Origin: the human T2T-CHM13v2.0 reference genome, Homo sapiens
DNA length: 64,000 bases
Assembly: GCF_009914755.1 (NCBI RefSeq)
Contig: NC_060941.1
Reading direction: 5' to 3' (one strand)
In this document: piece by piece, positions 1 through 25,552 of the stretch
How positions within the stretch are numbered: the stretch's first letter is position 1
Layout of the letters: each line of letters starts with the position of its first letter
Program-made: the position numbers and the translations under genes
The notes under the pieces: generated by a model
The model's database searches: none
What the model saw: the letters and a program-made list of their open reading frames with translations, nothing else
What the model was told of the DNA's origin: nothing

Positions 1-155
1 ACTTGGATCATGGGAGGGTGAAATGGGGAATTATGATAATTGGCGTAGTCAAATCAGGGCTCATTCCCGGAGTTGCGACAAGAACAAATGCTGACCAGGA
101 GTGCCCACCACACTAATGAATTCCCTCTTCTCCTTCTTCAGCCAGACCACTAGCA

Positions 156-817
<662 letters not shown>

Positions 818-1039
818 AGTAACCCCATTTTGAAATGGTTTCCATTTAGCTTTTTTGATAGTTCCAAACTTTCATACTTTCAGTCTTCATTAAATCAATT
901 AATAAACTGATCATTCTGCTTGGGATTTACATAATATCTTTCTTCCAGAGCTTTAATTATATTTCATAAGCAAATTTCAATGACCTTCATCATTTTTCCT
1001 CCCTAGAGCATAATGTGTAACTATAAAAATAGCATCCGT

Positions 1040-2714
<1,675 letters not shown>

Positions 2715-3065
2715 TGAGCAAAGTAAACTGAGGTGCAGAGAGGGGCAATAGCTGGTGGCCCAGCTGATAGGCTGAGATTTTCACATGTCAGTCAGAGCCA
2801 GGGACCAACATCTATCCACTATTCTCTGCTGTCCTCTCTCAGAGCGCCCCTTCTTTGGAAATGTGCATAGCACCTTTCTACAAGAGACTCTTAGTGTGTT
2901 CTGAGAAAGCCGTAGCTCCTCACCTGCCTCAGAAGGGCACGGTGCTTGCTTCTTCAGAAAATTTACAGACAAGTTTCACACACTTAAAACTTTCAGCTTG
3001 GCTTGAGAGTTAAAACATAACCACTCCAAACTGTAATACAAAGAAGTCTGCTCAAAAGAGTAGCA

Positions 3066-7330
<4,265 letters not shown>

Positions 7331-8838
7331 AACAAAGAAAAAAAACAAAAAGGAAAAGGAAAAAGAAAGAGAGAGAGAGAGAGAGAGATAATCCAGGACT
7401 TTTTTTGAAGGGAGAGGGAAACAGGACTGTCTGACACGCGGGAAAATTGCTTGAATTCTCCAGCCTTCCCATTTGGATGCTTTTCTCTTTGCGTGAACAC
7501 AGCCATAAGCTGGCTCGTTATAGAGGCATAGGCAGTGGTTGAAAATACAGGTCCTAGCAACAAGGAAGTCTGGGTTTGAATCCAGACTCAGCCACTTTCC
7601 AGCTGTGTGACCTGGGAGAAGTCACTGTTCCTCTCTGAGCCTGGAGCTACCTGCATCACTACCCTGAACTGATGAATGGAAAGCACTTGGTACAAAATCC
7701 AGCACATACTTGGCACACATAACTCACAGCTCGGTGTAATTAGAAGAATGCCAGGAGGACTGGCCTGCACGCTGGAAGGGGCTCTAGACAAGGCTGACCA
7801 TCAGGATCCACTGGTTGGTCCAGAGATCTCGGAACAGACTGGTTCTCCCCGCCGCTTCTGCCTCCCACTCACCTCCACCCGTTCATGCAACTGTAGTTTT
7901 CTTAGCCCCTGAAACCGGGTTGGGGCTGCCGCAGGGGCCATCAGGCTGTGAGGGAGGCTGACGCGGACACAGTAGGTAAGAGGCCAAGATGTACAGTCCT
8001 GAAAGAGGGCAGGAGGCTGGTGACTCAGTGGGTGAGAAAATGCAAAGGCTGGGGCTATCTTAGCCCAGAAAAGGACAAATTTTTTTTCCCCAAATTATTT
8101 TCCTTCTTTTGTCTCTTTCTCCCCTCCCTCTCTCGCTCCTTCCTGCTTTTCTTCCTTTCCCTCCGTTACTTTCTTTAATCCAAAGGAAATTTAAGTGGAG
8201 GACATAAAAGCATATGCTGTTATTAATTTTTGCAAATGTCCTTAACTGAGAGGCACTGAGCAGAAAGAAGAACACAATTGCATCTCCATTATCTTCATCT
8301 GGGCCACCAGATACCAGCCACCCACTCTCTCAGACAATGGCAGAAAGGACAAGCCAGCCCCCAGGGACCCGGCCCTGCCAGCTTACCTGTTGGCACACCT
8401 CCCCTGAGCACTGCAGCCTCACCAACTGTCTGGGGTCCCTGAGACTGCCTGCTCACACTCACCTCTGAGCCTTCCTGTCTGCTGTTCCCTCTGCCTGGAA
8501 CATCCTCTCCACTCCCCCTTAGACCCCCTCTAGCAGCTGTCCTGGCTGACTGCTAATTGGCTTTAGGATTCAGGGAGGCATCCTGCCTTGGGTGCCTTCT
8601 TTGATGGCCACAGATCAAGTTAGGGGTCTTCTCTGGCTGCTTATCCTCATAGCACCTGCTCCCGGATGTGACAGACAGCTTCAGTTTTGTCACCCTGTGG
8701 TCCAGCAGCTTTCTGAGGGAGGGCTGGGACCAGCTCTCATTTACCTGTGTCTCTCACCCCTGCAAGGTTCTGGCCACAGCAAGCAATGCCTAAGCACATA
8801 TTTGTGGAGTAAAGGTATAAAAGACAAGGCATCCCAGA

Positions 8839-9163
8839 TGGGCGTGGTGGCTCAATCCTAGCACTTGGAGAGTCTGAGACGGGAGGATCACTTGAGGGCA
8901 AGAGTTTCAGACCAGCCTGGGCAACCCAGTGAGACCCCATCTCTACAAAAAAAACATATTTTTGTTTGTTTGTTTGTTTGTTTGTTGTTTTTTAATTAGC
9001 CAGGCGTATTGGTGTGCACCTGTAATCTCAGCTACTTGAGAGGCTGAGGTGGGAGGATCTGTTAAGCCCAGGAAGTTGAGGCTGCAGTGAGTTATCATCC
9101 CACCACTGCACTTCAGCCTGGGCAATGGAGCAACACCCTGTCTCAAAAAAAAAAAAAAAAAAA
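8839..9163 (+). mobile_element. AluJ-like element with expanded (TTTG)n middle region
   Basis: Diverged Alu. Flanks AAGACAAGGCATC/AGGCAAGACATC. Confidence 0.85.
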
Positions 9164-10949
9164 AGGCAAGACATCAAGACATCCCTGGAGGAAGCCACTC
9201 TGTAGACCACAGGCTAACAGAGCATGGTTGAGCAGGGAGGAGTTGGGAGCTGCACCCAGCACCTCACACAATGTTATCATGGAGCTGGGGACAGAGCAGG
9301 TTCCAGAGCTGGGTTTGAGTCCCAGCTCCTCCGATGATGATATGACACCCCAGACATGTGCAGGGATGTCCTCTAAGCCTCAGCTTCCTCACTGCAATTT
9401 GGGGCTCTGTCTCTTTCTGGCAGGGAGTTATTGGGAAGACCAAATGAGATCATGTCCCCCTCCCAAACCCTGCAAGGCCTTTGCGTCACAGTTAGAATGA
9501 AGTCTACATATAGCCCTGTCCACTCGCAGCCTGCCTCCCTTCCCCATTCGCACCCTTACACACGGAGCCCCCTCCAACCTCCCCCCCACACACACTGAGC
9601 CCTGTGCTCTTTCCTCTGCCCAAATGGCCCTTCCCTCAGACATCTAGATGTCCATCCTCCTTCCCTCAGTCTGCCTCTCGGAGCAGTCTTCCCGACCACT
9701 ACAACGATGCCTCCCCAACCCCGGCCTGCGTCACTCCCCACGCCCACCCTGCTTTGCAGCATCGCTCCCTGGCTGACATTACATCATGCATTTATTTCTT
9801 TGCTTATTGTCTCCCTCCCCTCCATGAGGGCAGGAACCTTCATCTGTCTTGTTGACAGTAGCATCCCTAGAACCTAGCTCAGGCCTGACTCACAGTGTGT
9901 GCTCAGTCCACATTTGGGAAACCAATGGAGAGATGAATGGCACAGAGATGCGCTCAGGAACCCAGTTCCCTGACCTCCCATCCAGGCTGCACCCCTCAGG
10001 AGTCTAGGTTCCTGCTGATTGGTAGAGTTCAGGACCCAGGGCTGGAAAGTGTCCACCCACAGGGCAGATGGGCCAAGGCCATGTGCTCAAGGTGTGCAGG
10101 GCTAGGAGAGGGGGTCAGCCCCAGCTCCCATATGAGGGGCATGTGCCTCGCCTTGCCCCTGCTTTGGCTAGAGGGTACCCTGTTCACCAGAGATGAGCCT
10201 AGGCTCTCCCCGGGCCCGGCTCTGGCTTTACCCCAGAGCCCTCCAACTCGCAGACCTCCAGGCAAGGAGGGCTGGGGACCCACCCGTCCCAGCCATTTGC
10301 CTTTTCTCCAGTAACAGAGCCCAGAGGGGTCCCTGCCTGGGCCCAAAATCACACAGCAGATTGGGGTAGAGCCGGAGAAGACCCGAGACTCCTGTGCCAG
10401 CCTGGGCATCCCCTCCACTGCCAGGGAAGGACTGCATCCAAGTCGCATCCGTACCCAGGCCGAGGTGTCCGAGGCCCAGGCTGAAATCCGGTTGCTGCTG
10501 CAGAGACCAAGTTTCCAAGGCCTTGTCAAGAAGTGGGCTGTGCCAGACGATCCCCAGGCCTGTCATTGGCTGCTCTTCGGCTCGGACACACCAAACCTCA
10601 CCAAGCACTTCCATTTCTGAGGGAATAGAGGTTGTGGCTTCCGTCAAGCACCCATTTACCCCACCCTCCTCCTCCTCTTCCTGCAAACTTGAGTCACAGC
10701 TGCCCTGCTGGGCTCAGGCCCCAGGGATGTCTGAGTCAGCCTGGCTGGGGTTCCAGTCCTGACACCGCCCTTACCAGCTGGGAGACTCCGGGAACCTCCA
10801 ACCCTGCTGAGCCTCCACTTCGACATCTGTGAAACAGCCATGAACAAGCAGGTCTCAAAGGTCGACTCCTGTATGCAGGGACACAGCATGCAGTAGGTGC
10901 CCAATCATAACAGCAGCACCCACCTGGAGCCCCTTATAGCAGCCCTTCT

Positions 10950-11380
10950 CCTCTGCACTTCTACATGGCATCTCATTTAACCTTCACCACAACCCAACTA
11001 GGAAGGCACCATCATTATCCCATTTTACTGATGAAGAAACTGAGGCCCAGGAAGGTGAATTTACCAGCCAGCTCACAAATGGACTAGTAGATGGCAGTTT
11101 GTGGATTGGAGCCCAGAGGCTGTGCTCCTGCCCACACCCTCTCAAATGAGGGCTATAAAATAACACTCTAAGAGCTCTTCCTACGTGCCTGGCAGTGTAC
11201 TAAGAATTTGAGTCTTCAGTACGTTCAATCTTCACAACAGCCCTATGAGGTGGGGGTTATGAGGAGCCACCATTTTACAGATGGGTAAGTCAAGACACAG
11301 AGAGAGGATGTGGCTTGCCACAGACCACATGGCTGGTGAGCATAGGAGCCAAGATTCCAACCCGTTTCCCATCCTGGCCA
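10950..11380 (-). mobile_element. Two MIR elements
   Basis: MIR core CCCATTTTAC..ATGAAGAAACTGAGGC and CCATTTTACAGATGGGTAAGT. Confidence 0.7.
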
Positions 11381-11593
11381 AGAATAACACTCCTGCTTCT
11401 TCATTTCTCCGAAAGAAGCCATGCTGTCTCCATCCCTGGCTGTGACTTGGGCTGCTTGTCCCTTCTCTGCCCACCCACCCACCCCCAGGGCTGTGCCGGG
11501 GAAAGAAGGTGGTTCCTGGAGCCCTCTAGCCTCTGAAAAGCATGGCAGTGGCGCAACGTAGAGGATGGGCTTAAAGCCAAAGAAACACAGCTT

Positions 11594-12247
<654 letters not shown>

Positions 12248-14399
12248 TAGCTATGGGACCTTGATTGAGTCCTGTACCGTGCCTCAGTTTCCCCACTTAT
12301 AAAAAGAGGTTACTAAAAAGGATGCTTCACTCAAGGGTGTGAAGACCCAGTGAATGAAGTGTTAATAAGAGCTCCACGTATAGCGATGCTGCTGTTCAGC
12401 TGCACCAGGGTGGACTCCCTTGACTTGCTGGGAGTTACAATGAGGAAGGAAGGACCGTTAAACCTGTAGGTCTTTCCAGAGAAAGTGCGTTTCCTAAAAC
12501 CAAATCCTGCCCTTGCTCCAAAACTGTCAGTGGTGGTTTCCCATGACCACGCCACAGTCCCAGGGTCTCCCCTGGCCTTCAAGGCTGGCACAGTCTGACC
12601 CTGCCAACGTCCCTAGTGCCACCATCTGTCAGCCCCTCCTTGCTCCTGCTCCTGGTCTGCACATGCTGTTCTCTTTGCCAAGAATGCCATTTCCCCAGCC
12701 CCCTGGTCCCGATGGGGAACACCTCCTCATCCTTCAAAGCCAAGCTGGAAGGGAACATCTTTGGAGATGCCGCTTGACCTCCCAGGCAGAAGGGGTCATT
12801 CTCCCTGGAGATGTGGTCACGTCATTAACCACACTGGGTTAGAATCATCAGAAGCTGTTCCTGCCTCTTCCGTCAAGCAAGGGGCTCTGGAGGCCAGAAA
12901 ATGCCTATGAATCATGCCCACACCCCCAGAGCCCAGCATGGGGCGGGCTCAGGTTAGGTCAATCGTGTTTGAAGACTGAATAAATGAATGTCTTCATTTG
13001 CTACCCTCAGAAGCCCAGTCCGGAAAAATATTCCAGTGCAAGGTTTTTGGCTTGAATGAGATCCCAAGAATCACCTTCAGGTTGTCAGGAAAATGATACA
13101 GGGAAGGGAAGGAGCCAACAAAGGGTATGGGAATGAGCACATAACACTATGGACAGCTGGGGAACCTTGGGCGATGATGCAGAACTGTTTATCACTAACT
13201 CTCACCAGGTCAGTTGTGCATCAAGGCTACTCGGGGGATAGCACTTTACAGCCTACTCTAGCACCACGGTGGCCTTCTGGGGCAGGGGCCAGCAGGCTGC
13301 AGCTGCTGGATGAAGCCCCCAGGCAGAGTCGCTGGTCCTCAGGTGCTCAAGCTTAGCTGGAAGCCTTCAGGTTGCTGTGCAATGGAATAGTGAGTACCCA
13401 GAGGATATGTGCGTGTGTTACAGTGAGTGAGTGAATGAACGAATGAATGGAGAATCAAGAAAAGAGCCGCGTATCTTCAGTCATTGAGCAGACACGGGCC
13501 TTCTGCTGTGTGGCCCTGGACGAGCCATCATGCCTCTCTGACCCTGGTTTCCTCTTCTATAAAGCAGGAATGCTAGCCCAGCCTCCCAGGAGATAAAGGG
13601 TGGGAGGTCCCCAGAGAGTGAGAAGGGTTCCACCTGGGCTCCCAGACTCAATCTCAGCTCCAGGAAGCAGGACATGGCCCCAGTGAGGGTTCTCTGTGGG
13701 TGAAGAAGCCACAGAAGGCAGGCACAGTGCCCTGGTTGGAACCACAGGGGCCCCGAAGCAACCACATCATGGCCACCACAGCCTCCACCATCCCACAGCA
13801 ATTTCCGCTGCTGCCTCTCCCAGGGCAAGATCTCCCACCAGTGGCTGGCTGTCCCCTCTGCCAGCACCTGCCCCGGGTGGGCCCTGCAGCATGGCCATGG
13901 CTGCTGCAAGGCAGGCTGGCAGCTGCTCCTGTGTGCAGCAGCGTGTCTGCTTTGAAAAGCCACAGAGACTCCTGTGGTTAGGGGCTCATGTTACAGTAGC
14001 ACACGTTCGAATCCCAGTTCTACTACTTGTGACTGTGGGAAAGTAATTTCACCCCAGTCCTCTCTGGTCTCATTGATCAAATGGAACTAACATTCTATTG
14101 TCCCCTCTGGTGGTCTCAACTCCAGCAGTTTGTGAGATGGTTGCCTTCACTGTTTTCCCTACTGCAAAACCCATAAGGACACAGTTATCTTGCCTCCTGC
14201 CCCAACCCCAGGGTCTTGAACACAGTAAGTGCTCGATAAATGCTTGGTAAATACATGAATTATTGTCTGACCCGCCTTGCTCTTCCAGTCCAAACTTAAA
14301 TGTCGCCTCCTCCAGGCAGCTTTCCCTGATTCCTTCCCCGAGTTCCCAGAATCTCTTCCAACTCCTTTAACCTCTTTCCTGCAGCTGCCTGGCCTACTG

Positions 14400-15330
14400 G
14401 GTGTGGCCGCCAGTTATCGGACCCCGCACCCTCCACCTACCTTTCCCCAGGTTTGCGCGGGGCCTGCCGGCCTGCCCGCCCGCCCCGAGGGAATGAAGGG
14501 CTGGAAGGAAGGGGAGGGAGAAAGGAGGCGGCGCAGATACATCCAGAAGGGGAGGCGGCGGGGGATTCTCGAAGGCCCGGCCAAGACCCGCAGCCTCAGC
14601 AAGCCAAGATGCGAGCAGGGGGCCGGCCGGAAGGAGGCGGGGGAGGGGCGGCCAGGGAGCTGGACGCTAGCGGGCGGACGGGCGGGGGCGGCGGGGGTGG
14701 CGGGAGGGTTGGGGGCGGGGGCCTGGTATTTCCTGAGGCCCTTCAGGAAATGCTCTGGGCCGCCCCTGGGCGGGATCGGCGGTGGGATGGGTCTGGGAGG
14801 GATCCACAGGCTCCTTCCCTGCGCTGCCCTGGACTCTCTGGCGCGCTGTCTCTGCGGGCCCTCTTCCCCGTCGAGGAGGCGCTGCTCAAGCCCCATTTCA
14901 CGGAGGAAGAAACCAAGACTCAGAGAGGGCCACCGGGGTCACAGTCTCTCCTGCACAGTTCTGCGGCTGCGCCAGCGCCGGCCCGCTCCCTCCACGCCCC
15001 CGGCCCCTGTCAGGGCTGCGGCAGCCGCAGAACCCCCGGGCCGGGCTCCCTATGGCAGGGCCAGGGCGGAGGACTGGGAGACGGGGCGGGAAGGCGAGGC
15101 GGGGCCCGGCGTATCCCACGCACAGACCGCGCAGCGCGCACAGCCCCGGCCCTCAGGGAGAGCAGTGCTGGCTGCCCTGCCCCGGATCGTCCTCCCCTGC
15201 CTCGGCCCGGACACGGCCAGGCAGGACCCCGCGACACATCCGACGCCCCACCTCACACTCGGGACCCTGAGACACTCACTGTTCACCTAACGACTCGCTC
15301 CCTCCTCCGCTGACGGAGGAGTCAGTCCAT
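14400..15330. promoter_or_regulatory. CpG island with GC boxes; candidate promoter of unidentified transcript
   Basis: Very GC- and CpG-rich. Multiple GGGCGG/GGGGCGGGG boxes at ~14635-14722 and 15060-15110. No recognisable protein in any frame. Confidence 0.7.
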
Positions 15331-15492
15331 CGGGACTGGATGGGCTCCGTGTGCTCGAGTTCAAATCCTGCCTCACCACCCGCTGGCTGGCGCTTTTCTT
15401 GTCTAAGAAGAGCACCGCAGTTCCCTCTGTGTGGTGGGGATAACAGCACAGCCTGCCTCAGAAAGTTGCAGTGAGAACTAAATGCGTTCTGC

Positions 15493-15947
<455 letters not shown>

Positions 15948-16877
15948 TACAAAATATTTTTAAAACGCGTCGATCAGTATAAAGCGCTGTGCCTGGCACA
16001 TCCTGTGCTCAATCTGCTATTGTGACAAAATCGTGCTCAGGCCCCTGCCACCTGCAAACAAAGTCTCTCTCTCTTTGACATTTTCCCACCACCGTTTCAA
16101 CCTGCGCAGTCTCTCCTTTTCTCTCTCCTTCTGAATTTTAACAAATATCCCTCTTCTGTAAAGTGGCTGAAAAAAAAAAAAAAGGAAAACAAATCACAAT
16201 GGCTTAGACAAATAAGGGTTTATTTCCCTTATCACTGTGAACCCGGAGACCAGCCATGGCTGGCATTGTTTCCCCAGCCCAGTGATGGCAGGGCTGACGT
16301 CCTCTGTAATGCGCTTGGCGTTTCCCCCTTGTTTACAGCGTGGCTGATGCTGCTCCTGGCGTTGCATCTGCCTCCGCATTTAAGACAGAAAGGAAAAGGA
16401 ATGGTTACTTTCAGGGTTAATTGAAAGCGTTTGTCACTTTCGTCAATAATTTCCCAGGCACCCCGCCCCCCTCACCCCCCACCCCCACCCCTGCCACACA
16501 CACATAATGAGATCTAATGAGACTCCTTAGATGTCATTGGCCAAAACTGTGTCACATGGTCACTCCCAGCTGCAACAAAGGCTGAGAAGGTAAGTAGTTT
16601 CTCTTTTCCAGCCTCCACAGTGGAAAGCAGCAGGGAAGAGGGGAATTGGGAATGGTACACAAGGATCAGTCAGCTATTATAATAGTGTCTACCACACCTT
16701 CCCCCTCCGTCTTCTTCCAGCCCCTACACTCCCCAGGACCTGCCTTCCAGCCACCCCTGACCTCCTCCTTCATCCAGGGGCCACCTGTTTCCATTTCTTT
16801 TGGGATATCAGAAGCTCAGAACTCTGGGGCTGCACTTTTACAGGGTAGCAATCAGATGACGCTGAGTAGAACCGCAT

Positions 16878-17530
<653 letters not shown>

Positions 17531-17659
17531 TCCATACTCAGATTCTGAAACACAGATCTCATCGTATCACTCCTCTGGCTCAAAATCACCCTTAATAATT
17601 GGCTCTACTAGAGCCCCATTTCCCTATACTCCCTGCCTTTGAATATCTCACTGTTGCAA

Positions 17660-18330
17660 CACTGAAACACTTAAAGAATCTCCTCTGCTTTCTCTCTGGT
17701 TGCTTCTAGGATCTCCTCTTTGACTTTGGTGTTCTATATTTTCACTACAATATGTCCAGACATGAATTTCTTCCTACCTATCTTGCTTGGGATTCATTGG
17801 ATCTCTAGAATCTATGCATTTGGTGGTGCTTATTAGATATGGAAAAAAAGTCAGACTTCATGTTTTCAAATATTGAATTTGTCTCGTTTTCCCTTCTCTG
17901 TCTGGAACTGCTACCTATGTTAGCTCTTCCTGTTGTATTCTCCCTGGCTCCTAACCACTTTTTTTCTTTGTTTTCTCCTCCTCCTCTTCCTCCTCCTCCT
18001 CTTCTTCTTCGTCTTCTTCTTCTTCTCCTCTCCCTCCTCCTCATCCTTCTCCTTCTCCTCCTCCTTCTTCTTCTCCTTCTCCTTGCTACTGCTGCCACCT
18101 CCTCCTCCTCCTCCTCCTCCTCCTCCTCCTCCTTCAGCTTTCTCAGGTTGAATTCTTCTTTCCCCCCTGCCCCCATTTTCCATTTATTTTTCTTTCTGGG
18201 TTGAATTCTGGATAATTTCTTCAAATCCATCTTCCAGATCATGAATTCTCTATTCAGCTTTGTCTAAACTGTCGTTTAAACTCTCCATTGAGTTTTTAAT
18301 ATGTTACTAGGTGTTAAATTTCTAGAAGCT
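17660..18330 (-). mobile_element. Ancient L1/HAL1 ORF1-region fragment hosting the microsatellite
   Basis: T-rich antisense L1-like text. The minus strand has decayed ORF1-like sequence (...CTGGAAGATGGATTTGAAGAAATTATCCAGAA...). Confidence 0.55.
17972..18135 (+). repeat. Polypyrimidine (CCT/CTT)n microsatellite
   Basis: About 160 bp of almost pure C/T triplets. Confidence 0.9.
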
Positions 18331-18724
18331 CCATTTATTTCTCCTGCACATTTGCTTAGTTCTTCTCATTCCTCACCCTTTGCTCATGTTGCTCCATCTT
18401 CTCCCACCTCTTCTCCTGGCAAATTCCTATACAACCCATTTCTTTCCATCCCCAGGGAGCTTTCCCTGACCTCCAGGATGGACTGGGGCTTTCTTGGGCC
18501 CTTCAGTCCCTGGGACTCCTTTGTCACAGCACTGATCACCTTCAGCCATGATTGGCTGGGTCTGGATCTGGATCTGCCTCCCCCCCTCAGACCTGTGCTT
18601 CTAATAAGCAGGGGCCATATCTGCATCCTCTCTCAGGGATAAGTACAGGTGGTTTTCAATAAACTTGTATAAAATAAAAGCAATTTCCTTAGCCCCCCCA
18701 TCACTCCTTAGTCTTACTTGTTGT

Positions 18725-21738
<3,014 letters not shown>

Positions 21739-21903
21739 AGACCACCTCAAACGACAGTGCCTCCACTCAGGGCTCCTTCCCCTAATCAGACTCAGGTAAA
21801 CAAACACTTTCTTCCATGTACTTGCTTTTAACTTCATTAATTCACTTCCCCATCTGTAAATTCATTTCCTCATTCATTCATTTATTCATTATTCACTCGA
21901 TAA

Positions 21904-22865
<962 letters not shown>

Positions 22866-23399
22866 TCTATAAGTCTTTTCTAAGCACAACATAGGTTGAT
22901 GCCAGCAGATACGGGATGAACTAATGAGTGACAGAGGCAATCTGCTGTAAGAAATTCTAACAGCCAGGAAGGCTTCAAGTTGGGGTGATACTGGAGCAGG
23001 GTCTGGAAGGAGGAAAGTTGGGGAAAATGCTGGGATCCCACAGCAATGTGAAGAGGGCCCCAGTGGGAGGTCGCCAGCCCATGGGACGCAGCCCGTAGGA
23101 CCTTAATGCTCCCCAGCATATGAGTAGTGCATGTTCTTCCTCTCTTTGCCATGCCTGTCAGGAAGCTCAGAGCTCAGCTTGGTGCAAAGGTAGCAACTGT
23201 TGTTTGCCAGAGGTTTTGTAGTTATCTCTGTTTTGTCGCCCAAAATCTTTGACCTTTACATTGTCTATGTCTCTTATGGAAAACTTGAAATTGATGGAGT
23301 AAAATTAATAATAATAATAAAGACCTGATTCTCAGTAAGTGATGGATTCAGGACGTAAATGCAGCTCAGAGTCCAAGAGTTGTAGACTGACACCAGGCT

Positions 23400-23830
23400 T
23401 GTATTAGCTATCACTGCAATAATGCCACATAACAAACCACCCCAAAACTCAGTGGTTTAGAACAATCATTTAATTCCCCCTGATGCATCTGCAGGTTAGC
23501 TGAAGGTCAGTTGGTCTTGGCTGGGTGGCTCTGCCTCAGGCTAGGCTGGGATACAGGCTCTAGGCTGGGCTCTGGCTGTTCCATGTGTCTCTTGGCGGGG
23601 CGAGGCTGAAGGGCCGGCAGCCATTCAGGGGGACAATCTTCTCACAGCAGAAGCCAAGAAGACAGCTCCACTGTGGAAGTGCACCTCAAGCCTTTGGTCT
23701 TGTTATAGCCACTGCTATCCCATTGACCAAAGCAAGTTACATGGCTGAGCCCAGAGTCAAGAGACAGGGAGTGCACTCTGCCCACCTAGAGGCCGTGGCC
23801 AGCGTGAGGGGCCAATGATCAATGCCACAT
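23400..23830. mobile_element. MLT1-type (ERVL-MaLR) LTR (mirrored at ~58418-58848)
   Basis: TGTATTAGCTAT...CATAACAAACCACCCCAAAACTCAGTGGTTTA, a typical MLT1 end. Confidence 0.65.
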
Positions 23831-24122
23831 GCCATTTGCATCATCCAGTCTGGTCTCCACCCCTATTTCTCAGATGGGTACCCCAGGTGGATCAGTGTGG
23901 GACCAGGCAGGGTGCCCTGACTTCCCATTCCCTTTTCACAGCCCCGAGCAGGATCTCATATCACCTGGCTGATCCTCCTGGGGTGGGACCAATTCTGGAA
24001 ACTGCAGTTGCAGGTGGAAGAACCTGGACTTCGGAATCACAAAGACCTGAGTTCTCTGCTCCCCAAGGCCAGCAGTGAGTCCCTGAGCAAGTCCCACCTA
24101 CAAAGGAGGAAACTGAGGCTCA

Positions 24123-24359
<237 letters not shown>

Positions 24360-25552
24360 TCACTTGAGCCCAGGAGATCAAGGCTGCAATGAGCTATGAC
24401 AGCACCACTGCCCTCAAGCCTGGGCGACAGAGTGAGACCCTGTCTCAAAAAACAAACAGCCAGGAGCCGTGGCTCAGGCCTGTAATCCTAGCACTTTGGG
24501 AGGCTGAAGTGGGTGGATCACTCAAGGTCAGGAGTTTGAAACCAGCCTGGCCAACATGGTGAAACCCTGTCTCTACTAAAAAAAATACAAAAAAATTAGC
24601 TGGGCGTGGCTTCCGTGGGTTCCCTATCCCATGGAGAACCCACGGGACCAAGCAGGCAACTGCTTTCGTGTATTGCTTCATTGAATCCTCACAACCACCT
24701 TGCCTTATAAAAGAGGTGTTGCTATTATCCCCGTTCCACAGAAGGGGAAACTGAGGCACAAAGCAGAAAGGTCACGTGCCTGGAATCACACACCAGAAAG
24801 TGGCACAGCTGGGATTTTAACCCATGCCTGCCATGCTAGGACCAGCATCCTAGCAGCCAGGCACCATCCCCCAGCCCAGGCTGACTGCCCGTGCCCAGCT
24901 GGACTCCAGGGCTTGGCAGTCCCCAGGATGAAAAGAGGCCCCTCCCTGGGCCCTTCAAGTCACTCTGCCTGGGGGTGACACATGCAGCCACATAGGTCTC
25001 CGTGAGTTGCGGTAAGGTCTTGGGTCTCTTTATCCCTGGCATGCGGCGGGGGCACCAAAGTGACCTCAGGGATGCGGAAGTACAGGAGCCAGATTGCCAG
25101 CTGTGTGGCTCTGGCAAGTCACCTCCCCTCCCTGAGTCTGTTTCCTCAACTATAAAAAGGGATCAGTAAATGTCTCTTACTCATGGGATTGTGGGGGATT
25201 AAATTATTTGATAAATAAATGAATCATTTAGGAAAGTTCCTGGAATATAGAAACACAAGAAGAGGCAGAGGAGGAGGGGGGACAATATTACTATTGATAA
25301 TATTATCCTGGGAAGCTTTTGCTGCCAGAAGCAGGAGGGACAATTTGCTGGGAAGGAAGACCCTAGGAACCAGTCCTTCCTGTGGACCTGGGACCCAGCA
25401 CATTGCAGGTAGTTGGAAGGGGCCTCAGACCATCTCTGGAAACTCCATTCTATAGATGATGAGACTGAGGCCTGGGAGAGGCAGCCCCTGGGTCCAGGCT
25501 GCTCAGCAGAGCAGGCAGGCTGCCTGGCCCCACCTGGCCCCCTGCCCTCCTT

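Noticed and set aside
13650-13990. Unique GC-rich stretch with open frames (116 aa +, 160 aa -)
   Set aside because: No convincing splice signals, codon pattern or recognisable homology, so insufficient support.
14277-15313. 337-aa and 286-aa ORFs
   Set aside because: They overlap a GC-rich CpG island where several frames are open, include MIR sequence and show no recognisable domain.
17805-18242. Poly-E/poly-R/poly-L ORFs
   Set aside because: Translation of a (CCT/CTT)n microsatellite inside a decayed L1.
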